DNA of 64,000 nucleotides from Nanobdellota archaeon (GTDB taxonomy: Archaea > Nanobdellota > Nanobdellia > Woesearchaeales > GW2011-AR4): NCBI GenBank assembly GCA_038046385.1, contig JBBSWH010000005.1:68669-132668 (forward strand). The letters are read 5' to 3'. Below, in pieces: positions 38,243 through 47,942 of this stretch. Each line of letters starts with the position of its first letter. Position 1 is the first letter of the stretch. Under the pieces are notes generated by a model. That model saw only the letters and a list, made by a program, of their open reading frames with translations, was not told the DNA's origin and did no database searches. Made by a program: the position numbers and the translations under genes.

Positions 38243-39424
38243 ATGAAACCGGATGAAATATTCAGGGAAGAAGTTGAAAGGCTGAAAAGCGAGAGCATAA
38301 ACTGGGCGCCGAAAACGCTGCAGAGCGCCTCTTCCAACAGGAGCGTTTACGACAATAAAGAGGTCATCCTTCTTTGTTCTAATAATTATCTTGGATTAGC
38401 AAATCATCCTAAATTGATACAGGCTTCAATTGACGCGACGAAGAAGTATGGCGCAGGCTCAGGGGCTGTGCGCCCGATATCAGGCACAATGGAACTGCAC
38501 CTTGAGCTTGAAAGAAAAATTGCAAAATTCAAAAAAACAGAAGCCGCGCTTTTTTACCAGTCAGGCTTTGCCGTAAATGCCGGCCTGATACCGGCAATAC
38601 TGCAGGACGGGTGGCTTGTTGTCAGCGATGAACTTAATCACGGAAGCATAATTGACGGAATAAGGCTGTCGAAAGCAGAGAAAGCAGTTTATGCTCATTG
38701 CAACATGGAAGACTTGAGAAAAGTCATGAAAGATTATTCAAAGAAAAGTTATAAAGCGATTATGATAATAACAGACGGTGTTTTTTCGATGGACGGGGAT
38801 ATTGCGCCGCTTGATGAAATTTATGAGATTGCGCAGGAATATAATGCAATGACTTATGTTGACGATGCCCATGGAGACGGAGTTCTTGGAGAAAATGGAA
38901 GGGGAGCAGCATTCTATTTTGGGCTGCACGGAAAAATTGATGTTGAAATCGGCACATTTTCAAAAGCATTTGGAACAGTCGGAGGGTACATAAGCGGGAG
39001 CAAGAATTTAAGGGAGTATGCCCTGAACAAGTCAAGGACTTGGCTGCTTTCGGGTTCGCATCCTCCGGGAGTTGTTGCGTCGTGCATTGCTGCAATTGAT
39101 GTTCTTGAAGAGAATCCTGATTTAGTGAAGACTTTGTGGAAGAACAGGGAATTTTTTATAAAAGGCCTTAAAGACCTTGGATTTGACACCGGGTTATCGC
39201 AGACTCCGATTGTCCCTGTGATGCTTAAGGATTCCGGGCTTGCTAGAAAATTTTCGCAAAGGCTGTTTGACGAGAATGTTTATGCATTGCCGATTGTTTT
39301 TCCTATGGTTGCAAAAGACAAAGCAAGAATAAGAAATCAGGTTTCTGCTGCACATACTCTTGAGGATTTGAAAGAAGCATTGAATGCTTATGAGAAGATT
39401 GGAAAGGAATTAAAGGTTATTTAG
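38243..39424 (+). CDS. kbl: glycine C-acetyltransferase (AONS/KBL family)
   Basis: CSNNYLGL, SDELNHGSIIDG, DGVFSMDG, DDAHG, GTFSKA. Confidence 0.88.
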   Translation: MKPDEIFREEVERLKSESINWAPKTLQSASSNRSVYDNKEVILLCSNNYLGLANHPKLIQASIDATKKYGAGSGAVRPISGTMELHLELERKIAKFKKTEAALFYQSGFAVNAGLIPAILQDGWLVVSDELNHGSIIDGIRLSKAEKAVYAHCNMEDLRKVMKDYSKKSYKAIMIITDGVFSMDGDIAPLDEIYEIAQEYNAMTYVDDAHGDGVLGENGRGAAFYFGLHGKIDVEIGTFSKAFGTVGGYISGSKNLREYALNKSRTWLLSGSHPPGVVASCIAAIDVLEENPDLVKTLWKNREFFIKGLKDLGFDTGLSQTPIVPVMLKDSGLARKFSQRLFDENVYALPIVFPMVAKDKARIRNQVSAAHTLEDLKEALNAYEKIGKELKVI

Positions 39425-39443
39425 AAAAAAATAAATTCTTAAT

Positions 39444-39662
39444 TTACTGCTTGGTAAATTCACAATATTTGCAGTGGCCGCAATACAGCCTGTTTGCGTG
39501 CTTTGCCATGAACACTCCAGGTCCGCATTTTGGGCATGACTTGTTTTTTCTCTCGAGCTTGTCGCCTGCCTTGGTGTAAAGGTTCCAGACTCCTTTTTTT
39601 GATCCTGCTTTGCCGCCGGATTTGCCTGCCGCCTTTGCTGCCGGTTTTGGTGGTGCTGCCAT
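39444..39662 (-). CDS. rps27ae: ribosomal protein eS31 (S27ae)
   Basis: CPKCGPGVFMAKH...YCGHC. Confidence 0.94.
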   Translation of the reverse strand: MAAPPKPAAKAAGKSGGKAGSKKGVWNLYTKAGDKLERKNKSCPKCGPGVFMAKHANRLYCGHCKYCEFTKQ

Positions 39663-39663
39663 T

Positions 39664-39957
39664 TTATTTAGCCTCTGCTGCAACTTTCTTGACCTTTATT
39701 TTAGGCTCGATAAGCTGCCTTTTTGCCTCGTCAGCATAAACATAAGCAACAACATCCGCTGTCTTGCTTCCGAAATGATTGTTAACTGTCCTTATTGCAA
39801 CAAGCTTCTCATCTGATTTTAAATGGGATGCAAGCGCTTTTATTATGTCTGCGTATGGTGGTGTTGAATTATCAAATTCCAATGATGCTGTGACCATTGT
39901 CCTTGAAAGCAATGGCTCGTGGTTTTTGTTTGTTACTTTAAGATCCATCATATTCAC
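39664..39957 (-). CDS. rps24e: ribosomal protein eS24
   Basis: EPLLSR, TPP, FGS..., operon position. Confidence 0.9.
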   Translation of the reverse strand: MNMMDLKVTNKNHEPLLSRTMVTASLEFDNSTPPYADIIKALASHLKSDEKLVAIRTVNNHFGSKTADVVAYVYADEAKRQLIEPKIKVKKVAAEAK

Positions 39958-40139
39958 CTTACCTTTATGGCATACTCGCCTTTTGATTTCATGCCTATTT
40001 TTTCAGCAACGAGAGATTTGACTGGGTCAATTATGTAAAGCCTCCCCTGCCAGTTTGTAGAGAACTGGTTGGACTTGCATATAGGGCATTCGTTTCCATC
40101 AACGAACATCTTGCACTTCTTGCATACTTTTTTTTTCAT
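39954..40139 (-). CDS. spt4: transcription elongation factor Spt4 (RpoE'')
   Basis: CKKC...CPIC...WQG...GEYAIKV. Confidence 0.95.
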   Translation of the reverse strand: MKKKVCKKCKMFVDGNECPICKSNQFSTNWQGRLYIIDPVKSLVAEKIGMKSKGEYAIKVR

Positions 40140-40160
40140 TTTATTTTCTCTTGATTGTGA

Positions 40161-40748
40161 TTACTTTTTTTCTTTCTTTTCTTTTGTCTCTTTTTCAGCC
40201 TGTGCTGCTGGCTTGTCGCCGTCTTCCTTTACCCAGTCGACTCTTCCAAGACCCTGCTGCCTCATCGTCAATCCTAATTTTGGATTTAATACGTCTTTGA
40301 ACGAAATTGCTATGATTCGCGCTCTGCAAACATCGCCAACTTTCAAGCTTCTTTTTGACTCTTTTCCGCCAAGGCTCTTGTCCTTGCTGAACGAAACGAA
40401 ATCATCCATTGTCTGGCTGATGTGAATCATGCCGTCAATTGGGCCTATGTTGATGAATGCGCCGAACTCTGCTATGTCTTTTATCTTTCCGGACACTATT
40501 TCCTGCATTTCCGGCTTAAATGTCAAAAGCTCGAATGAAACTTCGTAATATGATGCTCCGTCTCCTGCAATTATGATTCCTTCTCCTATCTCCTTTGCAC
40601 CGACAACGTCAACAACAATTCCCAAATCTTTTGAGATAAATCCCGTGTACTTTGTCTTTATTCTGGTAATCACAGCCTCTTCCAATGGGAGGTTGAATAG
40701 TGCAGGAGGTACTCTTATGTGGTCCTTGATTTCTGTCTTGTAGAACAT
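40161..40748 (-). CDS. rpoE: RNA polymerase subunit Rpo7 (RpoE')
   Basis: IRVPP, GDGASY, FGAFINIGPIDGMIHISQ, LTMRQQGLG. Confidence 0.96.
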   Translation of the reverse strand: MFYKTEIKDHIRVPPALFNLPLEEAVITRIKTKYTGFISKDLGIVVDVVGAKEIGEGIIIAGDGASYYEVSFELLTFKPEMQEIVSGKIKDIAEFGAFINIGPIDGMIHISQTMDDFVSFSKDKSLGGKESKRSLKVGDVCRARIIAISFKDVLNPKLGLTMRQQGLGRVDWVKEDGDKPAAQAEKETKEKKEKK

Positions 40749-40804
40749 TTTAACACCGAAAACGGCGATTTCAACTAATCGCTATGGTACTTAGGAAATA
40801 TGCG

Positions 40805-41203
40805 TCATTTATAAAGCTTTCTTTCAAATATCTGGAGGTATTTTTTCTGCCTTAGGACTATTACGGCAATGTATCTTTCAAGCAGCTTTTTCTTAAGATC
40901 GAGGTCAGTTGTTGCAACAATATCGTCATCTTTACGGTTTTGGATTATTATATTGTCAACGTAATCCCCTTCTGCCTTTAAAATTTCGATGTCTTTTGAC
41001 TTAACTATCTTTAATGCAAACTGAGCTGCTTTCTTGTCTTTTCCTTTTTGCTCTTTTATTATTGCATTAAGTTCATCTATTGACTGCTCAAAGATGAAAA
41101 TCTTGTATTGAAAATTGCATATTCTGTGTATTTCGGAGAATATGTCTACCTTAAACTGCAGGGGCACCATAAGAAAGTTTGTATCAAGGATTATTCTTCG
41201 CAT
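40805..41203 (-). CDS. Fcf1/Utp24-like PIN protein
   Basis: ILDTNFL, VATTD, LRQKK; conserved position upstream of rpoE. Confidence 0.88.
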   Translation of the reverse strand: MRRIILDTNFLMVPLQFKVDIFSEIHRICNFQYKIFIFEQSIDELNAIIKEQKGKDKKAAQFALKIVKSKDIEILKAEGDYVDNIIIQNRKDDDIVATTDLDLKKKLLERYIAVIVLRQKKYLQIFERKLYK

Positions 41204-41410
41204 AGGGATTAGTTAAGCGCAGTGTTATAAAAATTTATGCGATTTTTGCATTGGTTTTGCCATCGTTCGCATGCAATGTTTTAGTTAATGCAAAAATTCC
41301 CATTGCAATTTCCTTTTTGCTTGCACACTTTATAGAAAATGCTCACATTTTGATGGCAAAACTCCAATTTCCACCATACTTTTTTAAACAAAAATGCTTG
41401 CTTATGCTAT

Positions 41411-42526
41411 ATGAAAGGAATTGCAATAGTTTCAAAAGGGCTTGAAAGCACGGCTTCAAAAGAGATAAAAGAGATTATTAATGCAAAATACTCTGAAAAG
41501 GAAGGAGCTGTGCTGTTTGACATAAAAAAAACATCAGATTTGTGCTTGTTGTGCTATAGGTCGCAGTCTGTTGACAGAATTTTATATCATCTTGGAGATT
41601 TTGAATTCAAGAATTTTAAAGCTGAGTTTGAAAAATTTCTGCTTGATATTAAGCTTGAAAAATGGATGTCGTCGTGCAAAAACTTCAGGGTGGAGTGCAT
41701 CCGGATAGGAGCGCATGATTTTGCAAGCCCTGATGTTGAGATGATTGCATCCAAGCATATTGCAAAAAAATACAAGATGCAGGCTGATTTTAAGGACAAT
41801 GAAATAATATTTTTTGCTTACATAATCAACAGCCATTGCTATTTTGGGGTTGATTTTGCTGGTTTTGAGATGAACAAAAGAGCGTATAAAATCTATATGC
41901 ATCCTGGCTCTTTGAGGGGACCGATAGCTTATGCATTATTGCAGGAAGCCGGATTTGACAAAAAAAAAGATATGCTGGATCCTTTTTCAAGAGATGGTGT
42001 TGTGTGCATTGAAGCTGCGTTGAATGCAAGCAATTTTCCGGTAAACTACTACAAAAAAGAGAAGTTTGCTTTTCTAAAGCTCAAATTGGATGTTGATTTT
42101 GAAAAATTATTCAAAATAGAAGATAAGAAAATAAAAGAACAGAAAGGAAAAATTTACAGTTTTGATTTCATGTTTAAATTTATTGACTTTTCAAGGAAGA
42201 ATGCCAATATAGCCGGAGTTGACAAGTACATGAACTTCAGCAGAACCGAGCTTGAGTGGCTGGACATTAAATTCAAAAAAGGAAAGGTTGATTGCATAGC
42301 GACATGCTTGCCATCGTCAAAAAGCGCAAACCTTGAGAAAATGTATAAGGAATTCTTTTACCAAAGCGAATATATTCTTGCAAAAGAAGGGAAGATTGCA
42401 GCTATTACAAAAAATGTTGAATTGGCTAAGAAATATGCTTCTGCGAATAAATTTACTGTTTTGAAGGAGATGGTTGTTTATAGCGGGGAGCAGCCTTTGC
42501 CGTTGATTGTTTTTGGGAAAGAGTGA
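41411..42526 (+). CDS. THUMP-domain RNA methyltransferase-like protein (degenerate SAM motif)
   Basis: GLE..A..EI start, THUMP, KRAYK..HPGSL; DPFSRDG where DPxCGSG is usual. Confidence 0.8.
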   Translation: MKGIAIVSKGLESTASKEIKEIINAKYSEKEGAVLFDIKKTSDLCLLCYRSQSVDRILYHLGDFEFKNFKAEFEKFLLDIKLEKWMSSCKNFRVECIRIGAHDFASPDVEMIASKHIAKKYKMQADFKDNEIIFFAYIINSHCYFGVDFAGFEMNKRAYKIYMHPGSLRGPIAYALLQEAGFDKKKDMLDPFSRDGVVCIEAALNASNFPVNYYKKEKFAFLKLKLDVDFEKLFKIEDKKIKEQKGKIYSFDFMFKFIDFSRKNANIAGVDKYMNFSRTELEWLDIKFKKGKVDCIATCLPSSKSANLEKMYKEFFYQSEYILAKEGKIAAITKNVELAKKYASANKFTVLKEMVVYSGEQPLPLIVFGKE

Positions 42527-42598
42527 TTTTCTGTTATAAATCTCTTAAAAAGAGAGATATTTTCAATAAATTTATATAGGCTCTTTCCCTACTTTACC

Positions 42599-42949
42599 TT
42601 GCAGGGTTAGTACTTAGCTTCGGCGCATGAAAAGGCTCGAAAGGGCTTATTCTGCTGAGGAAAGTCCGCCCACCATAAAAGGCCACTCGCACAAGCGAGT
42701 TTTGGAGACAGAAGGCAACCACTCAGAAACGAGACCGCTGCATCTAAGGGTGAAGCTCGCGAAGGCTCCTGTGAAGGAGCTGAGAACAGCTGACGTTTAT
42801 GCAGAATGGATGAAACGGTGAGTCCTGGCCGGTGCAAGTCCGCGAACAAGCAATTGTTCCAGTACGCTTAGTTTAATGCTAAGACAGGCTATCGCATTAT
42901 CAATAATGCACAAGGGCCTGACAAAAGGCGGCTTATTCTGGCCCTGCAA
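42599..42949 (+). ncRNA. rnpB: RNase P RNA
   Basis: GAGGAAAGTCCGCCC (5' P4), ACAAAAGGCGGCTTA (3' P4), P1 ttgcaggg/ccctgcaa; upstream TTTATATA box. Confidence 0.95.
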
Positions 42950-42962
42950 ATTTTAATTAACA

Positions 42963-43139
42963 ATGGCGCAAGACAAAATTTCAATGCCTTCCGGAATGGG
43001 GGGATTAGTAAGGTATTTTGACGAATACAAAAGCAAGATAAAATTCAAGCCCGGGCATATTGTAGTGTTTTGCGTGGTTGTCATAATAATAATGATGTTT
43101 CTTTACACTTTCGGCAACAAGCTGCTAGGGATAAGGTGA
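42963..43139 (+). CDS. secG: preprotein translocase subunit Sec61beta
   Basis: MAQDKISMPSGMGGLVRYFDE...KPGHIVV + TM helix; 58 aa, below the ORF track cutoff. Confidence 0.9.
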   Translation: MAQDKISMPSGMGGLVRYFDEYKSKIKFKPGHIVVFCVVVIIIMMFLYTFGNKLLGIR

Positions 43140-43143
43140 AATT

Positions 43144-43485
43144 ATGTTTCCCGGCATGAATCCAAGGGACGTGCAGAAAGCCATGAAGCGCATGGGCATA
43201 AAGCAGGAAGAGATAGAAGCGCAGATGGTGATAATAAAGACTGCAAACGGAGACTTGGTGATAAGGGATCCTCATGTGACAAAGATGAACATGATGGGAC
43301 AGGAATCATTGCAGATAACAGGCAACATTGAAGAAGTTGAGAATGATTCAACTCCTGAAATAAGCGACGATGATGTTGCAACTGTGATGGAGCAGGCGAA
43401 CTGCACAAGAGAAGAGGCAGAAGAATCCTTGCAGGAAAACAAAGGTAATATTGCAGAGGCAATTTTAAAATTACAATCAAAATAA
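43144..43485 (+). CDS. nac: nascent polypeptide-associated complex protein
   Basis: MFPGMNPR..MKRMGI; UBA-like C-terminus GNIAEAIL. Confidence 0.95.
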   Translation: MFPGMNPRDVQKAMKRMGIKQEEIEAQMVIIKTANGDLVIRDPHVTKMNMMGQESLQITGNIEEVENDSTPEISDDDVATVMEQANCTREEAEESLQENKGNIAEAILKLQSK

Positions 43486-43563
43486 ATTCTGGTGGGGTAT
43501 GAAAGCATCCTCACTATCGTTCGGGGCCTTCATTTTGAAGGCGAAGTATGGAGAAAATTCAAA

Positions 43564-44034
43564 ATGAAGGAATCATTCGATTTGGCAGTGCAGGAGTTAA
43601 AGAGAGTAGACCATCTGTTCTGGGTAAGCCTGAAGTACACAAGAACTGTTGACGTCATAAAGCACGTGATTGACCGCATAATAAACTGCATGAGCTACGG
43701 GTTTGAATCTATATTAAAATATGCACAGGAAAAAAAACTTGTGAGCAGCATTCCTGAAAATGCAGGATTAAGATGCGATTTGCTGAAGAGCACGTTTCCT
43801 GAAAATGCGCAGCTTATGAATTATATCAATATCTACACAAAACTAAGAAAGTTAAGCAAAGCAGAATACACGAGAAGGGAAGAATTCAGAAGGCACGTTA
43901 CAATGATTGCAACAATTGACAAGGGAGAAGTTGTCGAGGTATGCATAGACACGCTTAGGGAAGATTATGAAATGCTTAAAATATTCTTGACGTTTGTCAA
44001 GCGCATGATAAATGAGGAGAAAGAAGAGCAGTAA
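43564..44034 (+). CDS. conserved hypothetical protein
   Basis: ELKRVDHL..VSLKYTRTVDV, EFRRHVTM; start chosen at the internal ATG. Confidence 0.75.
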   Translation: MKESFDLAVQELKRVDHLFWVSLKYTRTVDVIKHVIDRIINCMSYGFESILKYAQEKKLVSSIPENAGLRCDLLKSTFPENAQLMNYINIYTKLRKLSKAEYTRREEFRRHVTMIATIDKGEVVEVCIDTLREDYEMLKIFLTFVKRMINEEKEEQ

Positions 44035-44047
44035 ATTTCTATTCAAA

Positions 44048-44563
44048 ATGCAAAATCTTGCAAAAAGGCTTGAAAACAAGGGATGGAATAAAAAAGAGAT
44101 AAATAAAGCGCTCGGCATAATAAAAAACGCAAAAGAGAATAAATCAGACCATACAATATTTCTTGAAAAAAGAGTTTACTGGATACTTCTTGTCATAATT
44201 GTAACGGCAAATTTTGCGATTTCAATTGCTTTACTTCCACTTCTTATTGTTCTTCGTGATTATTTACTTTATTCTATCATAATTATAATGGGATTGATAT
44301 TCGGACTTGTGTTTGAATTGGTGATAAGAAGCATCGAGCATCTGCAGCGCCGCCATCATGTGTTTCTCGCTTTCCTAATACCTTCTGCTGCTTTGATAAG
44401 CGGGTTTATAATTTCAAAAATATCAAACGATGTTGTTGCTAAATTAGGATTATCGAATTATCACATTCCTTTTTTGATTGCTTTTATTTACGCAGCTGCC
44501 TTTGTAGCGCCTTATATTTTGTATAGGTTTGTGCTGAAGATAGAGTATTATTCTAAAGAATGA
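44048..44563 (+). CDS. hypothetical 4-TM membrane protein
   Basis: LENKGW..EI N-terminus followed by four hydrophobic helices. Confidence 0.75.
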   Translation: MQNLAKRLENKGWNKKEINKALGIIKNAKENKSDHTIFLEKRVYWILLVIIVTANFAISIALLPLLIVLRDYLLYSIIIIMGLIFGLVFELVIRSIEHLQRRHHVFLAFLIPSAALISGFIISKISNDVVAKLGLSNYHIPFLIAFIYAAAFVAPYILYRFVLKIEYYSKE

Positions 44564-44603
44564 TGCAAACCTTTAAAACCCATATTTTATTCTATGTTAT
44601 TAT

Positions 44604-44675
44604 GGCTGCGGTAGTTTAGTGGCAGAATACGAGACTGTGGATCTTGTGGCGCGAGTTCGATTCTCGCCCGCGGCC
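44604..44675 (+). tRNA. tRNA-His(GTG) with encoded G-1
   Basis: G-GCTGCGG/CCGCGGC-C; anticodon arm CGAGA-CTGTGGA-TCTTG. Confidence 0.95.
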
Positions 44676-44692
44676 CTCTTTTTAAAATAACA

Positions 44693-44873
44693 CAGACTTG
44701 CCACTCGGCACAATCCCCGACTTAAATATAGCTGAGCAAAGCTCAGCGTATGCTCGTAAATCTTTGATTTACGACAAGTCGGGGTTTTGATTGTGCCTCG
44801 TAATTAATAGGCAAGTCTGCGAGATTGTAAATTCATGCTAAAGCATGGAGTTTTAAACCCATGAATTTACAAT
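44693..44873. repeat. nested inverted-repeat element downstream of tRNA-His
   Basis: cagacttgcc/ggcaagtctg, ggcacaatc/gattgtgcc, ccccgactt/aagtcgggg, two inner hairpins, then 14-bp IR attgtaaattcatg/catgaatttacaat. Confidence 0.75.
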
Positions 44874-44910
44874 AATAATTATTAAATAGGGATTATTATT
44901 ACCAAACAAT

Positions 44911-45279
44911 ATGGCTATTCCTACAGCAGAAGAACAACCGCAGCGATGGAGAACTGGAGGACTTACACGCATAATGCACATATACGCTGGACCATCATCA
45001 GGCCTTCCTTCAGATTCTTACAAACCTTCTTGAGGGCATATCAGCCAAGCAGTTGATACACCTTCTGGAGCCTTGGAACTTACTATTGAAGGAGAGGGTA
45101 TAACCGAAAGACAGACAATTCTTGTTCCTTCAGATAGCCGCGACGCCTTTCTTAGGGGATTTAGAACAGGAGATGTCAAGGCGTTAAAAGGCAAGGATAT
45201 TTCAGCAAGCACCCTAGATGGAACACTTTATGAGGTTGTAGTTCGAGTACCAGAGCCAATGACTGGTCACATGAGTTAA
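44911..45279 (+). pseudogene. 122-codon frame interrupted by one in-frame TGA (45031-45033)
   Basis: ATG 44911 is in frame with the 45073-45279 ORF; MAIPTAEE...SYKPS*GHISQAVDT... Confidence 0.55.
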
Positions 45280-45349
45280 GCTTAATTCTTCCCTTCTTTT
45301 TAGTACATTTTGAATAAAGTATAAAAGCAACCTTACCAGAGCAATTTCT

Positions 45350-45742
45350 ATGAAACAACTACAGGTATCAGACGACGAATGGAAAAAGAAGCTCACAAAG
45401 GAGCAATACGAAGTTCTAAGGAATAAGTCAACAGAAACCCCATTCACAGGCAAATTATTGCATAATAAAGACGGCGGTGTCTATACATGCGCAGGATGCG
45501 GAAATGAGCTATTTGCATCAAATGCAAAATTCGATTCTGGCACCGGTTGGCCAAGCTTTGACGAGCCGAAAAACAAGGAAAACATCGAACTAAAAACAGA
45601 TGTTTCGCACGGAATGTCAAGGACTGAAGTTTTGTGCAAGAAATGCAAAGGCCATTTAGGGCATGTTTTCAACGATGGGCCGACAAAAACAGGCCAGAGA
45701 TTCTGCATGAACTCATGCGCGCTTGAATTCAAGAAAAAGTAA
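45350..45742 (+). CDS. msrB: methionine-R-sulfoxide reductase
   Basis: TETPFTG, CAGC, SGTGWPSF, HLGHVFNDGP, RFCMNS. Confidence 0.96.
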   Translation: MKQLQVSDDEWKKKLTKEQYEVLRNKSTETPFTGKLLHNKDGGVYTCAGCGNELFASNAKFDSGTGWPSFDEPKNKENIELKTDVSHGMSRTEVLCKKCKGHLGHVFNDGPTKTGQRFCMNSCALEFKKK

Positions 45743-45777
45743 AAGTGTTTATAATCTAGAAGTTATTTCTGCTGTAT

Positions 45778-46854
45778 ATGAGAGACCCTATATGCCAGTA
45801 CTTTGGAACTTGCGCAGGATGCGATACGCAGCACATTGAATACTCTGTTCAATTGCAGAATAAAGTAAAGAACATAGCTGCAATGCTGAAGATTTCTCCT
45901 GAAAGCGTAAAAGTGTTTCAGGACAAGGAGTTTGAATACAGAAACAGAATGGATTTTCTTTTCAGCCAATACTGCATTGGATTAAGGAGCAAAACCAACA
46001 AGGTCATTGGAATTGAAATGTGCCCTATTTCCAGCAGCACTGTGAATAAACTGCTTGATGAAATTCGAATATTTTTTTTGGACATAAACATATCAAGAGC
46101 AATAAAATATGCTGTTGTTCGCGCTTCCAAGACTTCAAGCATTGGATTTATCATTAATGAGGATTCAAAGCAAAGGGATGAGGCTTTTGAGCTCATAACA
46201 CAATTTTGCCTGAGAACTTCTGCTGACAATGTTGTTGTCGGATATGTTCCTCATCTTTCAGAAGACAGCACTTCTTTAAAGTTTAAAATTGTGAAGGGAA
46301 AAGAGATACTTGAAGAGGAGTTTTTAGGCAAAAAGTTCTTTTACCATTCACAGGCTTTTTTCCAGAACAATTCCAAAATGGCGGAGAAGATGATTGGCTA
46401 TGTTAAAGAAATTTTACATGGTAAAAAGGGACATTTGGTTGATTTGTATGGTGGCGTTGGAAACTTCGGGCTTTGCATGGATTTTGAAAAAATCACGATA
46501 ATTGAATCCCATCCGCTTTCTGTTGAATGCGCCAAGAAGAACATTCTTGTTAATAATATTAAAAATGCAGAGGCTATTGCTCTTGATGCCAAGAAAATTG
46601 ACAGAATTAAAATTTCTCGTCCTTTACATGTGATTAATGATCCTCCTCGTACAGGGATGGATTTGCTTGCAATCAAAAAATTAACGAATTTGAAGCCGGA
46701 CACAATAATTTATGTTTCCTGCAATCCACTTAAATTCAAGAAAGAGTTTCCTAAGTTTGCGAAAGAAGGGTATTCAATCAAATCAGTTGCTATGTTTGAC
46801 CTGTTCCCGCAGACTAACCATATAGAGATGGTTGTTGAGATGGAAAGAAGTTAA
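45778..46854 (+). CDS. RlmD/TrmA-family RNA m5U methyltransferase
   Basis: C..FGTCAGC, YRNRM, FFQNN, DLYGGVG, DPPRTG, YVSCNP, DLFPQTNHIE. Confidence 0.92.
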   Translation: MRDPICQYFGTCAGCDTQHIEYSVQLQNKVKNIAAMLKISPESVKVFQDKEFEYRNRMDFLFSQYCIGLRSKTNKVIGIEMCPISSSTVNKLLDEIRIFFLDINISRAIKYAVVRASKTSSIGFIINEDSKQRDEAFELITQFCLRTSADNVVVGYVPHLSEDSTSLKFKIVKGKEILEEEFLGKKFFYHSQAFFQNNSKMAEKMIGYVKEILHGKKGHLVDLYGGVGNFGLCMDFEKITIIESHPLSVECAKKNILVNNIKNAEAIALDAKKIDRIKISRPLHVINDPPRTGMDLLAIKKLTNLKPDTIIYVSCNPLKFKKEFPKFAKEGYSIKSVAMFDLFPQTNHIEMVVEMERS

Positions 46855-47102
46855 CGATGAGGGCAACCTGGCCAACAGCAAGGCCGGCGTTTACCTTTGA
46901 TAAGCTCTTCAGATGCTCGCTTGATATGTTGTTTTCTTGTTTCAGGTTTTTTGACTGAAGTAATCCAGCATATCCACTCATTGCGGGCTAATGGAGTAAT
47001 ATCCTCCCACGCTGCTTTCATCTTTGGAGAAGATTTAAGGGTTTTTTGTAAATCAGCTGGCACTTTGTGCAGTGCGCCTGTGGATATTGTTTTTTTCACC
47101 AT
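46851..47102 (-). CDS. YdeI/OmpD-associated family protein
   Basis: VPADL, TPLARNEWICWI, GKRRPCCWPGC. Confidence 0.85.
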   Translation of the reverse strand: MVKKTISTGALHKVPADLQKTLKSSPKMKAAWEDITPLARNEWICWITSVKKPETRKQHIKRASEELIKGKRRPCCWPGCPHR

Positions 47103-47134
47103 AAATTCAGTTTAGCATTTTTTCTATTTAAATT

Positions 47135-47407
47135 TTATTGGTTTTGCTTGCAGTATTTTTCATAGAAATCCAGTATCTCGTCTGTTTTTCTCGGGTTTAG
47201 TGAATAATGGATTTCTCCGGTTTTCTTTGCAGGCAATATCCACTCGTCTTTTTCCAACTCTTTTATTGCCTGTTTTGTCAGCTTATCTCCCCTTAAATGA
47301 TTTGGAAGGCCGTTCAATATGTTTTCAGTATGAGAGCCGCCCCATTTTCTCCATTGAACTAGCTTTCTTATTATTCGCGCCTTGATTTCAATAACAGTTA
47401 AGCCCAT
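47135..47407 (-). CDS. small hypothetical protein (winged-helix-like)
   Basis: MGLTVIEIK...WGGSHT...AIKEL...YSLNP; start set at ATG 47407. Confidence 0.65.
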   Translation of the reverse strand: MGLTVIEIKARIIRKLVQWRKWGGSHTENILNGLPNHLRGDKLTKQAIKELEKDEWILPAKKTGEIHYSLNPRKTDEILDFYEKYCKQNQ

Positions 47408-47451
47408 TTTGTAATGGATATGCTGATTTGATATATAAATATTACCATTTA

Positions 47452-47469
47452 TGAGACAATATTGTCTCA
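47452..47469. promoter_or_regulatory. perfect 18-bp palindrome, candidate operator
   Basis: tgagacaatattgtctca between two TATA-like boxes of a divergent gene pair. Confidence 0.65.
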
Positions 47470-47540
47470 AAACAGAAACATTTAAATATTTGTGCCTATA
47501 CACATACGTATGAACATGTGTTTATACGTAGTTAATTAAA

Positions 47541-47870
47541 ATGGAAACAAAATCATTATTCGTGGAATTTATGGGAGAATCTCCTACAATCAAAGTATTA
47601 GATTACTTGCTAACAGAAAGAGAACTGGATTTTTCTATAACTGACATGGCTAATAACTCAAAAATAGGTAGAGCTACATTATACAGAATTTGGAATAGTT
47701 TAATTGAAAATGAAATAATAAAACCTACAAGAACCATAGGAAAAGCCAAACTTTTCAAATTAAACGTGAACAATCCTAAAATAAAAAAATTGATTGAGAT
47801 AGATGACATGCTGATATTAGAAGAACTAAGAAAGAAAGCAAGGAAAGTTAAGGTTAAAGTTAGTGTTTGA
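47541..47870 (+). CDS. HTH transcriptional regulator
   Basis: FSITDMANNSKIGRATLY, wing RTIGKAKLFKLN. Confidence 0.82.
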   Translation: METKSLFVEFMGESPTIKVLDYLLTERELDFSITDMANNSKIGRATLYRIWNSLIENEIIKPTRTIGKAKLFKLNVNNPKIKKLIEIDDMLILEELRKKARKVKVKVSV

Positions 47871-47942
47871 GTTATTCTAGCAGACTAATCATATAGGGAT
47901 TGTTGTTGAGGTGGGAAGAGGTCAATTAAGAAAAGTTAGATA

